Below, piece by piece: positions 1 to 9,357 of a stretch of DNA of 64,000 nucleotides (its first letter is position 1; each line of letters starts with the position of its first letter). The position numbers were made by a program, and so were the translations under genes. The notes beneath the pieces are model-generated. The model did no database searches and was not told where the DNA came from. It saw nothing but the letters and a program-made list of their open reading frames with translations. The DNA comes from a virus: IMG/VR virus record IMGVR_UViG_3300040811_000439, positions 8,889 to 72,888 of that record; one strand, written 5' to 3'.

Positions 1-348
1 AAAAGTTATCAGCGTATTTGGTTTGATACTCCATTACTGTATACTCCTGAATGGCAAAGTATGCAGATATTGACTCCGGCATATCAGTTATATCTTAAAG
101 ACTGTATAAAATTTATGGAATCAAATTTAGATGAGATGCACGGATTTAAGGACTACGAAGTACTAAAGATGAGACGTGATCTAGCATGGATGCAAGGTGT
201 GGATAATGTAAGTGACATTGATACACGCAGAGCAGACTTTTATAGATTTTTTAGTGAACATGATCGCAGACGCGGTACGAACTTTTTAGAAACATTTCCT
301 GAGATGAGAGAATTTTGGAATGAATGTCGGTATATAGCAAATGGATGA
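1..348 (+). CDS. Radical SAM/SPASM-type protein, C-terminal part (5' truncated by window edge)
   Basis: Frame is open from base 1; C-terminal HDRRRGTNFLETFPEM matches the D-x-x-R-x3-F-x3-(F/H)PE tail of the neighbouring radical SAM genes. Confidence 0.7.
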   Translation, partial: KSYQRIWFDTPLLYTPEWQSMQILTPAYQLYLKDCIKFMESNLDEMHGFKDYEVLKMRRDLAWMQGVDNVSDIDTRRADFYRFFSEHDRRRGTNFLETFPEMREFWNECRYIANG

Positions 349-1687
349 CCTAATTTACAAGAATGAAGTTCTGGACAAACTTAGTCCGACCTTTTGTGGT
401 GCTAAATGGTATAATGCTACTATTTGGTTAGGATCTGGCATGACTACCAGTTGCCATCATCCATTGCCGCACAAAGTAGATCCTGTTGCTGTCGAATCAA
501 ATCCAAAACTATTACACAATACTCCAGAGAAAAAAGAACAAAGACGACTGATGCAGTGTGGAAAGCGTCCGGCGGGATGTGAGTATTGTTGGAAAATTGA
601 AGATATGGGCCCTAATTTTATAAGTGATCGTATATATAAGAGTAATATATACACACAGGACGAATTAAATGCCGCCAGAACTAGCCCGCATGATAGAGAC
701 GTCAATCTCCGTACACTCGAAATTGCCTTTGATCGCACTTGTAATTTCGCTTGCAGTTATTGTAATCCTGCTTTTAGCAGCACATGGGTAAAGGATTTAA
801 AAACAAATGGGAGTTATCAAGGCCTTGTTAGTGATGGCCGCAACCACTTTACTCACGTTCATAGTAGTAGCCAGCTTTATGGGGTGGAGGATAGAAATCC
901 TTACGTAGAAGCATTTTTTAAATGGTGGGAAACTGACCTCCACAGTACACTACGTGAACTACGAGTAACCGGCGGTGAGCCAACAATGAGCGCAGACTTA
1001 TGGCGTTTGATAGATTGGTTCAAAGCAAACGCAGACAAAAGCCAGACTAAACTTGCTATTAATAGTAACTTGGGTGGTAAGCCGGAGTTTATAGACAGAC
1101 TAATAGAGGCACGTAGTTATTTGCCTAGTTTAGATGTTTACACTAGTTGTGAAGCGATAGGTGCACCTGCAGAATATATTAGAGACGGATTAGATTGGAA
1201 CTACTGGTGGGAGAATATTTGCAAATTAAGCGAAGCAGGTGTAGGCACACATTGTATGATGACTATTAATGCACTGTGCCTAGAAACACTACCAGATCTT
1301 ATTGAAAAAATATTACAAGCAAGAAAACTGTTAGGAAACGAATTTGCTGTATTCAGTTTAAATATATTACGCTTTCCAAGTTTTCAATCAGCACTAGTAC
1401 TTCCTTTAGACATACGTAATCGTTATGCTGATAGATTGGAAGAACTATACAAAAGTTGGGCACCCAAGTACCTTAACCGCAGCACGCCAATGCATCAGTT
1501 TGAACAAGGACAGTTGGAACGACTTGTAACTTATTTGCGTACAGTAGAAACACCACACAGTGAAGCGTTTGAAATGCCCAAACTACACAACGACTTTAAA
1601 AAGTTTTATAGTCAGTATGATGTGCGTAGGAATAAAAACTTTACTGAGACTTTCCCAGAATTAGCTGAATGGTATAACAGTCTATGA
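341..1687 (+). CDS. Radical SAM protein with N-terminal Twitch/SPASM-like Cys domain
   Basis: CNFACSYC (CxxxCxxC), TGGEPT, N-terminal FCGAKW/SCHH/CEYCW. Confidence 0.9.
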   Translation: MDDLIYKNEVLDKLSPTFCGAKWYNATIWLGSGMTTSCHHPLPHKVDPVAVESNPKLLHNTPEKKEQRRLMQCGKRPAGCEYCWKIEDMGPNFISDRIYKSNIYTQDELNAARTSPHDRDVNLRTLEIAFDRTCNFACSYCNPAFSSTWVKDLKTNGSYQGLVSDGRNHFTHVHSSSQLYGVEDRNPYVEAFFKWWETDLHSTLRELRVTGGEPTMSADLWRLIDWFKANADKSQTKLAINSNLGGKPEFIDRLIEARSYLPSLDVYTSCEAIGAPAEYIRDGLDWNYWWENICKLSEAGVGTHCMMTINALCLETLPDLIEKILQARKLLGNEFAVFSLNILRFPSFQSALVLPLDIRNRYADRLEELYKSWAPKYLNRSTPMHQFEQGQLERLVTYLRTVETPHSEAFEMPKLHNDFKKFYSQYDVRRNKNFTETFPELAEWYNSL

Positions 1688-2997
1688 CAGACAAATTAGA
1701 AAATTATTATAAAAACTACGATTATCATACACGTAAACCTGTGTACATTGATGTAGAAGATCTTACAGACGTGCAGCGTGACAGACTGTTAACCAGTGAA
1801 TCATTTTGTATACTGCCATGGATTCACTTGCATGCGTTTCCAGATGGCCGTGCCTATCCTTGTTGCTTGGGACTAATGGAACATCCAGTTGGTAACCTGC
1901 GTGAACAAACAATGGCTGAAGTATGGAACGACGACCCATTACGTGAAATGCGTCGTAACATGTTAGCAGATAAACCTTGCAAACAGTGTACCAAATGTTA
2001 TGAACAGGAAGCAGCAGGCTTTGTTAGCATGCGCTATAGTCAAAACAAAAATGAAGGTCATCACATTGCGGTTGTAGATGAAACACTAGATGACGGAACA
2101 CTAGATCGTTTTGAACTCAAGTACTATGACATACGCTTCAGTAATTTATGTAACCTAGCTTGTCGTACATGCGGTGATATTTTTAGCAGCAACTGGGTAA
2201 AAGAAGCAAAGAAGATGAGCTGGCTACCACAGGATCATCCTAACGTACAGTATGCAGGACGTTACGAAATGGATATGTGGGAACAGTTAGAACCACACAT
2301 AGACAGCATAGAAAACATTTACTTTGCAGGTGGTGAACCACTAATGATGGCAGAGCATTACAATCTACTTCGTGAACTACTACGCAGAGGCCGCACAGAT
2401 GTTAGACTGAACTACAACACAAACTTTACAGAGCTAGTATTCAAACAGCAGGATGTGCTGGACATGTGGAATGAGTTTGACATTGTAAGCATTGGGGCAA
2501 GTTTGGATGCAAACTATGCACGTGGCGAGCTCATGCGTAAAGGTACAGAGTGGAGTAAGATTGTAGCAAACAGAGAACGTATGCTAGAGAAGTGTCCTAC
2601 TGTAGATTTTTATGTAAGTTCAACACTAAGCCTGATGAACAGTTATAATATTGTGGACTTCCATAGAGAATGGGTAGAGCTAGGACTAGTCAAACCCAGT
2701 GATTGGAATGTAAACATACTACAAGACCCAGTGCGTTTTCGTTTGGATGTACTACCCAATGACATGAAGGCTGAACTAGTAGATATATACAATGAACATA
2801 TTGCATGGCTTGAACCACAGGATCATTTAACAAGAGCAACAAATGGATTTAAGAGTGCAGTAAAGTATATGCAAACAAATGATAACAGCAAGCTCATTCC
2901 AGAGTTTGTTATGCGGGCTAAGGAACTTGATCGTTGGCGCAATGAAAGTTTCTTCAGCGTATTCCCTGAACTTGAAAGATTACAAGACTATGCATAA
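1684..2997 (+). CDS. Radical SAM protein with N-terminal Twitch/SPASM-like domain
   Basis: CNLACRTC, AGGEPL, YNTN; N-terminal CILPW..PCC..CKQCTKC. Confidence 0.9.
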   Translation: MTDKLENYYKNYDYHTRKPVYIDVEDLTDVQRDRLLTSESFCILPWIHLHAFPDGRAYPCCLGLMEHPVGNLREQTMAEVWNDDPLREMRRNMLADKPCKQCTKCYEQEAAGFVSMRYSQNKNEGHHIAVVDETLDDGTLDRFELKYYDIRFSNLCNLACRTCGDIFSSNWVKEAKKMSWLPQDHPNVQYAGRYEMDMWEQLEPHIDSIENIYFAGGEPLMMAEHYNLLRELLRRGRTDVRLNYNTNFTELVFKQQDVLDMWNEFDIVSIGASLDANYARGELMRKGTEWSKIVANRERMLEKCPTVDFYVSSTLSLMNSYNIVDFHREWVELGLVKPSDWNVNILQDPVRFRLDVLPNDMKAELVDIYNEHIAWLEPQDHLTRATNGFKSAVKYMQTNDNSKLIPEFVMRAKELDRWRNESFFSVFPELERLQDYA

Positions 2998-4132
2998 ATG
3001 TATACTGCCATGGATTAGTTTGGAAACAACACCACTAGGCGGTGTTCGTCCCTGTTGTTTGTACAAAGGCGAACTACCAGGAATAAACTTGCGTACACAT
3101 ACTTTAGAAGAAGCATTTAACAGCAGTGCAATGCAAGAGTTGCGAGAAACATTTGAACAAGATAAACAGCCTGAACAGTGTGAACGCTGTTGGATTGAAG
3201 AAAAGGCTGGTAAAAAGTCTAAGCGTGAATACATGTTGGAAAAGTTTAAGCACGTACCTTTTGAACCCAACTTAATATTCCTTGATCTTAAACTAGGCAA
3301 CATCTGTAATCTTAAATGTCGCATATGCGGTAGTTGGAGCTCAAGCAAATGGGCACAAGAACAAATTGCACAGTTTGGAGACAAGCACATTGCCAAGCAG
3401 TGGTTACAAGAAGGACAGTGGCCAAGACGCAGTAAAGGCTTTTGGGATAATCTAGATAGCTTGTTACCTAATCTAAAGTATTTTGAGTTTACTGGCGGCG
3501 AACCATTTCTTATTAAACAGCATTTTGATTTATTACAACGTGCAGTGGATCAAGGTTATGCAGGTGAGATTGACATCCACTATAACACAAATGGCACACA
3601 GTTCCCCAAACAGCATGAAGTATGGAAGCACTTTAAACATGTACAGATTGCATTTAGCATAGACAATACCGGCAAACGTTTTGAGTATGAACGTGATGGC
3701 GCAAAGTGGCGTACAGTAAATCGTAACATCAAACGTTTTATTGAAATGAAGGAACAAGGCTATCCATTTAGTTTGCAGTTGTGTATTACTTGGAATCTGC
3801 AGAACACTTATTACATGACTGAGATACTTAACTGGGCAAAGCAGAGTGGAATAGATGACATACACTTTAATCTAATGCATGATCCCGAGGAGTATAGTTT
3901 ACTCAATCTACCTCGCGATGCACATGCAGAGTTTATGCATAGACTAGACAAGGCAATAGTTATGCACAGTGACTATGCAGATCAGATCCGTAGTATTAAA
4001 GCAATTACACTTTCTCAGCCTGTAATTGATCCAGAGAAGATATTTGCAAAAATACGTGAGACAGATAAGTTTAGAGGCGTAAGTTTTGCAGACACACATC
4101 CAGAAGTTGCGAGATTAATAGGTTATGAATAA
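2990..4132 (+). CDS. Radical SAM protein with N-terminal Twitch/SPASM-like domain
   Basis: Start taken at MHKCILPW (ATG 2990); CNLKCRIC, TGGEPF, YNTNGT. Confidence 0.9.
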   Translation: MHKCILPWISLETTPLGGVRPCCLYKGELPGINLRTHTLEEAFNSSAMQELRETFEQDKQPEQCERCWIEEKAGKKSKREYMLEKFKHVPFEPNLIFLDLKLGNICNLKCRICGSWSSSKWAQEQIAQFGDKHIAKQWLQEGQWPRRSKGFWDNLDSLLPNLKYFEFTGGEPFLIKQHFDLLQRAVDQGYAGEIDIHYNTNGTQFPKQHEVWKHFKHVQIAFSIDNTGKRFEYERDGAKWRTVNRNIKRFIEMKEQGYPFSLQLCITWNLQNTYYMTEILNWAKQSGIDDIHFNLMHDPEEYSLLNLPRDAHAEFMHRLDKAIVMHSDYADQIRSIKAITLSQPVIDPEKIFAKIRETDKFRGVSFADTHPEVARLIGYE

Positions 4133-4613
4133 ATTAGCATTTGGGTGTAGCCATACGTTTGGCGTGGGCAATAATCCTGAAGATGCTTGGCCCGTACTAC
4201 TGGGTGCAATTAACTATGGAGTACCAGGAAGTAGCACAGATTTGATAGCACGTATATGTGAAGAAAAAATCCAAGAATATCAGGCAAACATAGTTTATGC
4301 ATTTTGGCCAGACTGGACACGATTTGAATTTAACGGCAAGCAGATTCTACCTAATATCTATCCAGAACTATATAGAGATCGTAACGACGAATGGTTAAAA
4401 CAAAATAGAGAAAATAAAATAATAGAAATAGAAACTATTTGTGCTAGTAATAATTGTTTGTTAGTCGGATTATACATGGAAGATCTATTTGGCATTATAG
4501 ATCACAGTGACAAGTGGCCAAAGGCTAATGATAATAGCCACTTTGGTCCACAGTGGCATATATGGCTAGCAGATTTATTTCGTATAAGAGAAAGTTTTTT
4601 AAGGTATGCATAA
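4125..4613 (+). CDS. SGNH/GDSL-like hydrolase or acyltransferase
   Basis: FGCSHTFG block I, NYGVPGSS block II, DNSHFG (DxxH) block V. Confidence 0.65.
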   Translation: MNKLAFGCSHTFGVGNNPEDAWPVLLGAINYGVPGSSTDLIARICEEKIQEYQANIVYAFWPDWTRFEFNGKQILPNIYPELYRDRNDEWLKQNRENKIIEIETICASNNCLLVGLYMEDLFGIIDHSDKWPKANDNSHFGPQWHIWLADLFRIRESFLRYA

Positions 4614-5904
4614 GCCCGATAATCTCTGTATGGCGCCTTGGACTCATACATACCTAAGTCCACAGACAGAGCGTAGGTTATGTTGTGCTAGCAGAGAACC
4701 TGCACAAAACTTTCGACAGTACATTGACACTAGTGATGGCACTAATGAATATGTGCCACAAACACTAGAAGAATGGTGGAATGGCGAACATATTCGCAGA
4801 GTACGCCGTCAAATGCTAGCAGGCGAACTACCGCTAGAATGTGAAGTTTGTGACAAGAAGTTACTTAACACAGATGTTTACCGTGATTACTTTTGGCATT
4901 TATTCAAACACAAGTATGATGACATAGCACAAACAACAGATGACACAGGCTATACTAGTATGCAGCCTGTTAGTTGGGACTATCGTTTTACTAACCTCTG
5001 TAACTTTAAATGCCGTATGTGCGGACCCATGCTGAGTAGTTCGTGGGAAGCAGAAGCACGTATGGATGGTAAAATAGAACCCTGGATGGAAACATCTGTT
5101 AAGCAAGCAATAGACCAGTTTCAAAAGGATACGGTTGAACAGGAGTTTGCTCGCGCAGTAGAAGAACACCGTGTTGAGGAAATATACTGGGTAGGTGGCG
5201 AGCCACTTATGTATGAACAGCACTGGCGTTACATGCAACGTATTATTGAACTTGGAGATGGTCCACGTATATACGCTAGATACAATACCAACCTTAGCCG
5301 TATTGAGTTAGGTGGTTGCAACCTTTATACTGACATACTTGCGAAGGTAAGAGACTGGCAAATCTGTGCTAGCCTTGACGGTGTTGGTGAGGTTGGAGAG
5401 TACATACGTACTGGATTAAACTATAACAAGTTTATAGAAAACTTCAAGCAAGGTTTAGAACATAGCAAGCATCGCAGACAAATGCGACTGGACTTTACAC
5501 TAACTACCCCGGGCCTAGGCCAAATTCTAAAAATACAAGAGCTAGCCAATGAGTTAGATGTGGATCTATTAGTAAAGGTGTGTTTTGCGTTTACGCCAGA
5601 TATAGCGATGTCTCCTTTGTTCTTGCCCAAGCAAGAGCTTCATGCTATAATAAATCGTGTACTTCCTCTAACCAATGGGGCAATGCATGATGTGTTGGTA
5701 AACTTACTCAATCGGCCTACGTTTGCTGAAGAGTATCCCGACACATATCAAGAGGCTAGACGAAAAGCCAAAAAACGAATGGACCTATACGACAGTCGTA
5801 GGAGTGGTTTAAAGTTTATAGATACCTTAAGAATTGGCAATGATCCTTGGGTGTATGGTAAACTAAAGCAATGGTGGGCAAGTATTGATACGAGTAGTTC
5901 TTAA
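4606..5904 (+). CDS. Radical SAM protein with N-terminal Twitch/SPASM-like domain
   Basis: CNFKCRMC, VGGEPL, YNTNL; N-terminal CMAPW..LCC..CEVC. Confidence 0.9.
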   Translation: MHKPDNLCMAPWTHTYLSPQTERRLCCASREPAQNFRQYIDTSDGTNEYVPQTLEEWWNGEHIRRVRRQMLAGELPLECEVCDKKLLNTDVYRDYFWHLFKHKYDDIAQTTDDTGYTSMQPVSWDYRFTNLCNFKCRMCGPMLSSSWEAEARMDGKIEPWMETSVKQAIDQFQKDTVEQEFARAVEEHRVEEIYWVGGEPLMYEQHWRYMQRIIELGDGPRIYARYNTNLSRIELGGCNLYTDILAKVRDWQICASLDGVGEVGEYIRTGLNYNKFIENFKQGLEHSKHRRQMRLDFTLTTPGLGQILKIQELANELDVDLLVKVCFAFTPDIAMSPLFLPKQELHAIINRVLPLTNGAMHDVLVNLLNRPTFAEEYPDTYQEARRKAKKRMDLYDSRRSGLKFIDTLRIGNDPWVYGKLKQWWASIDTSSS

Positions 5905-6955
5905 AAGTCCTTACAAAGGTAGCGGTGAGTTAGACTACACAATAACTCCCCACGATATTCCCATGGCTCGTGCATGGAAGTCTGCTCTAGTAGATATTCT
6001 CGAGCGTGGGCTACACTTAGAAAAAAACTTTTGCTTTATGGGTTTTCCCAAGCAGGCACGTGGACTAGACGATATGATTGGTGAATTAATCAAGCATGTA
6101 GATCGTATAAATGCTAGCGAATTAGATTATTCTATGAGTGAAGAATATACGTCAGAGAGTGTATGGTGGCATGTAGACAAATACGATTTTGAACGTGATC
6201 TAGAATATATCAAGCACGATACATTTAATACGTTACACAATCATTTCGAAGTATTACAAGGCACAGTGGAAAATTTAAGTGATTATTATTATCGTGCAGA
6301 TCCATATGTAAAGTACAGTATTAGGCAGTTGAACAATCTGTGTCACGAAATGGAATCATATATTCTTAGTCGTGTAAAGCATAAACGTAATCCCTACTGG
6401 ACACGCCCTAGTCAAATTACTACATTCCTAAACGCTCCACGTCTACACCTAGAAGATGAATATCGGGCAGGGTTTGCGACTAACGGATATGATCGTGTGT
6501 TTGGTGGTGTATACATGCATTGGTGTCAAATAGGTAAGACATACTTTGAAGTGTTTAGAGACGAAGGTGCACCTAAACTTACTGACACCGTATGCGAAGC
6601 AATTACAGATTTAAAATATTACAGTGGAGAGTTTGATATTGAATGGGGTCGTGACGTTGTTCGAGGCGGCGATCAACCCTGGCATGATAAACAGATGGAT
6701 GAGTATTATGCTTGGCTTATGGACAATGATAAGGATATTACCGATCCAAACCTTAGTTTAGGATATTTGCCTCTGGGCCAAGTGGATGTGCTAAGTAGTT
6801 TTGGAACGACTGACCCAGAGCAGATTTGGGACATGATGAGTCCTCTCCTAAACATACATATTATTGAAGTAGATGGTGTTCCCTACTACTTTGATTATAC
6901 TGTAGACGATAAAGACTATGAAAATGTGCAGATGCAAGCACTAGGATTATTATAA
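5885..6955 (+). CDS. Hypothetical protein, His/acidic-rich, possibly metal-binding
   Basis: 356-aa ORF coupled to both neighbours; LHNHFE and LNNLCHEME motifs; TTG start uncertain. Confidence 0.7.
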   Translation: MIRVVLKSPYKGSGELDYTITPHDIPMARAWKSALVDILERGLHLEKNFCFMGFPKQARGLDDMIGELIKHVDRINASELDYSMSEEYTSESVWWHVDKYDFERDLEYIKHDTFNTLHNHFEVLQGTVENLSDYYYRADPYVKYSIRQLNNLCHEMESYILSRVKHKRNPYWTRPSQITTFLNAPRLHLEDEYRAGFATNGYDRVFGGVYMHWCQIGKTYFEVFRDEGAPKLTDTVCEAITDLKYYSGEFDIEWGRDVVRGGDQPWHDKQMDEYYAWLMDNDKDITDPNLSLGYLPLGQVDVLSSFGTTDPEQIWDMMSPLLNIHIIEVDGVPYYFDYTVDDKDYENVQMQALGLL

Positions 6956-7056
6956 TGAAATGGATTCGCAACCTTATTAATAGAATTAAACTTGAGATAC
7001 AGTATCGCAAGCGACTAAAAGAACTACGTAAAAGAGATCCTTTTATTTACAAATGA
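6955..7056 (+). CDS. 33-aa basic peptide MKWIRNLINRIKLEIQYRKRLKELRKRDPFIYK (not in ORF track)
   Basis: ATG overlaps the upstream TAA (TAATG) and TGA overlaps the downstream ATG (ATGA); fills the gap exactly. Confidence 0.8.
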   Translation: MKWIRNLINRIKLEIQYRKRLKELRKRDPFIYK

Positions 7057-8579
7057 AAATTAAAACATACATGGGTGTGAGCGCCGGCTTTCACGATGCT
7101 GGTGTGAGTGTTGTAGACGGTAACGGCAATATATTATTTGCTGGTCATAGCGAACGCTATAGCAAAGTAAAAAATGATAGTACACTAAATGAAGGCATTA
7201 TGAATGAGGCACTCAGCTACGGAATGCCTGATGTAGTAGCCTGGTACGAACGCCCGTGGCTTAAAAAGACACGGCAGATTTATAGTGGCGAATGGCGAAA
7301 GGCGTTGAACGATAAAAGTCCTAGAGCGCATCTATCTCCGTATTTCGACGATATATTGCCAACATCTGTTAACATGGACAGTCGGCCTACTAGAAGTATT
7401 AGTACATACAGTCATCACTTGAGTCATGCAGCCGCAGGATTTCAAACCAGCCCTTTCGAAGAAGCAATGGTTGTTGTTATAGATGCCATAGGAGAATGGG
7501 ATACGATTACAGCATGGCGAGCTTGGTACGACGACGATGGTCATGCACAATACCAGAGGATATATAGACAGTTATATCCTCATAGTTTAGGTTTGTTTTA
7601 CAGTGCTATGACACATCGTATTGGTCTCAAGCCTATGGAAGAAGAGTATATTCTAATGGGTATGGCTGCATACGGTAAAAAAGATGCATATCGTGACGTA
7701 TGGGAAATGGCTATTGATAAGGATCACAAACAAAAATTTAAACGAAACTTTCATACAGGCATAGAATACGAGTTTGGTGCTGAATATGGCAAAGAGACTC
7801 TTGCTCGTGCAACTCAGTTAACCACAGAACGTTTTTTAGGAACTTTTATGCGACAACTTGCAGGCACACGTTGGGGTTTACACTTACAAAATTGTGTGTT
7901 CATGGGTGGAGTTGCTCTTAATTGTGTGGCAAACAGTCACATCAGAGATATATGGAATGATATGTGGATTATGCCTAATCCAGGAGACTGTGGTTCAAGT
8001 CTAGGCGCAGCCGCGCTAGCATATGGTAAACAGTTAAACTGGCAAGGGCCGTATTTAGGCACAAACATTCCTGGAGAATATCCAAGTGAAGAGATTATTG
8101 GTGAGCTACAGCGTGAAGGCATAGTAGGAGTTGCAAGTGGTCGTGCAGAGTTCGGACCACGTGCGCTAGGTAATCGTAGTTTACTTGCAGATCCTAGAGG
8201 CGAAGATATAAAGGATAGAGTTAACGAAATCAAACGCAGGCAAAAGTTTAGACCTTTTGCTCCTATGATACTCGAGGAGCATGCACAGGATTATTTTGTT
8301 ATGGATGGGGACAAAAGTCCATACATGCAACATACATATCACTGTAAACATCCGGATCTGTTTCCCGCTATTGTGCATTATGACGGTACAAGCCGTGTGC
8401 AAACCGTGGGCAAGGATGATAAGACGGGTGCTAGAGATTTATTAGAGAAATGGTATGTGCTAACAGACTGTCCTATGCTGTTAAATACCAGTCTTAATAT
8501 CCGCGGCGAACCCATGGTAAATGATCGTACTGATGCAGATCGTTTTGAAAAGAAATATGGAGTAAGAGTATGTTCCTAG
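7053..8579 (+). CDS. Carbamoyltransferase, NodU/CmcH/TobZ family
   Basis: GFHDAG, HHLSHAA, GGVALNC, GRAEFGPRALGNRS, FRPFAP, DGTSRVQTV, LNTSLN. Confidence 0.95.
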   Translation: MKIKTYMGVSAGFHDAGVSVVDGNGNILFAGHSERYSKVKNDSTLNEGIMNEALSYGMPDVVAWYERPWLKKTRQIYSGEWRKALNDKSPRAHLSPYFDDILPTSVNMDSRPTRSISTYSHHLSHAAAGFQTSPFEEAMVVVIDAIGEWDTITAWRAWYDDDGHAQYQRIYRQLYPHSLGLFYSAMTHRIGLKPMEEEYILMGMAAYGKKDAYRDVWEMAIDKDHKQKFKRNFHTGIEYEFGAEYGKETLARATQLTTERFLGTFMRQLAGTRWGLHLQNCVFMGGVALNCVANSHIRDIWNDMWIMPNPGDCGSSLGAAALAYGKQLNWQGPYLGTNIPGEYPSEEIIGELQREGIVGVASGRAEFGPRALGNRSLLADPRGEDIKDRVNEIKRRQKFRPFAPMILEEHAQDYFVMDGDKSPYMQHTYHCKHPDLFPAIVHYDGTSRVQTVGKDDKTGARDLLEKWYVLTDCPMLLNTSLNIRGEPMVNDRTDADRFEKKYGVRVCS

Positions 8580-8917
8580 CACATATGAAAAAATGGATCG
8601 GTGCATACCTACTAGCACTACTAGTTCTAATGATTGTAATAGATGATCCTAATGATGATTATCCACAGTGGGTATGGTGGTTAATAGTTCCTGTAGTACT
8701 ATGGAAAGTTCCTCCCTTTAGTGTAGGTGATTGGTTCTGGGGCAAGGTAACCAATATATTGGCATGGATATTACGTCCATTTACACGCTGGCAAGCAACA
8801 TGGCCACGTTGGGTGCAATGGGTTTTTGGTATTGTTTTAATCGTACTGTTTGAAGAGTTCGTCTTACGTCCTCTTGGATATACAATGTATCCATGGAGAA
8901 TGGATCTAGGACTGTGA
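8570..8917 (+). CDS. Small Trp-rich membrane protein
   Basis: About three hydrophobic segments; lies directly behind the carbamoyltransferase. Confidence 0.65.
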   Translation: MFLAHMKKWIGAYLLALLVLMIVIDDPNDDYPQWVWWLIVPVVLWKVPPFSVGDWFWGKVTNILAWILRPFTRWQATWPRWVQWVFGIVLIVLFEEFVLRPLGYTMYPWRMDLGL

Positions 8918-9357
8918 AAGACAAGCACAAACTAGCACACATGAAGGCAGCGTTTGCATACGCTGAATGTAGCACTGCGGTTAGACTACAAGTTGGCTGT
9001 GTAATTGTAAAAGACAATCGTGTGATTAGCATTGGATATAATGGAATGCCCAGCGGCTGGACCAACGAATGTGAGACCCAATTTATGACAGGCAACGGTA
9101 CTGCGGATCATGTTGAGTTGATTACCAAACCAGAAGTACTTCACGCAGAGTCTAATGCTATCGCGAAACTTGCTCGCTGTAGTGAGAGTGGTGAAGGTGC
9201 CACTGCATTTATTACACATCAACCTTGTATGGAGTGTGCTAAACTTCTATACCAAAGCGGTATTAAACAAGTGTATTACGTTCATCCCTATAGATTAGAC
9301 GCTGGACTAAAGTTCCTGCAGGAATGTAACATACCCGTTGAACAAATAGATGTTTGA
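8914..9357 (+). CDS. dCMP deaminase
   Basis: IGYNG, HAESNA, PCMEC; GTG start at 8914 (alternative ATG 8893). Confidence 0.93.
   Translation: MKDKHKLAHMKAAFAYAECSTAVRLQVGCVIVKDNRVISIGYNGMPSGWTNECETQFMTGNGTADHVELITKPEVLHAESNAIAKLARCSESGEGATAFITHQPCMECAKLLYQSGIKQVYYVHPYRLDAGLKFLQECNIPVEQIDV

Noticed and set aside
2879-2989. N-terminal extension of the radical SAM ORF 2879-4132
   Set aside because: It overlaps the previous gene; paralogs begin just before the C-x-x-PW motif, so ATG 2990 is preferred.
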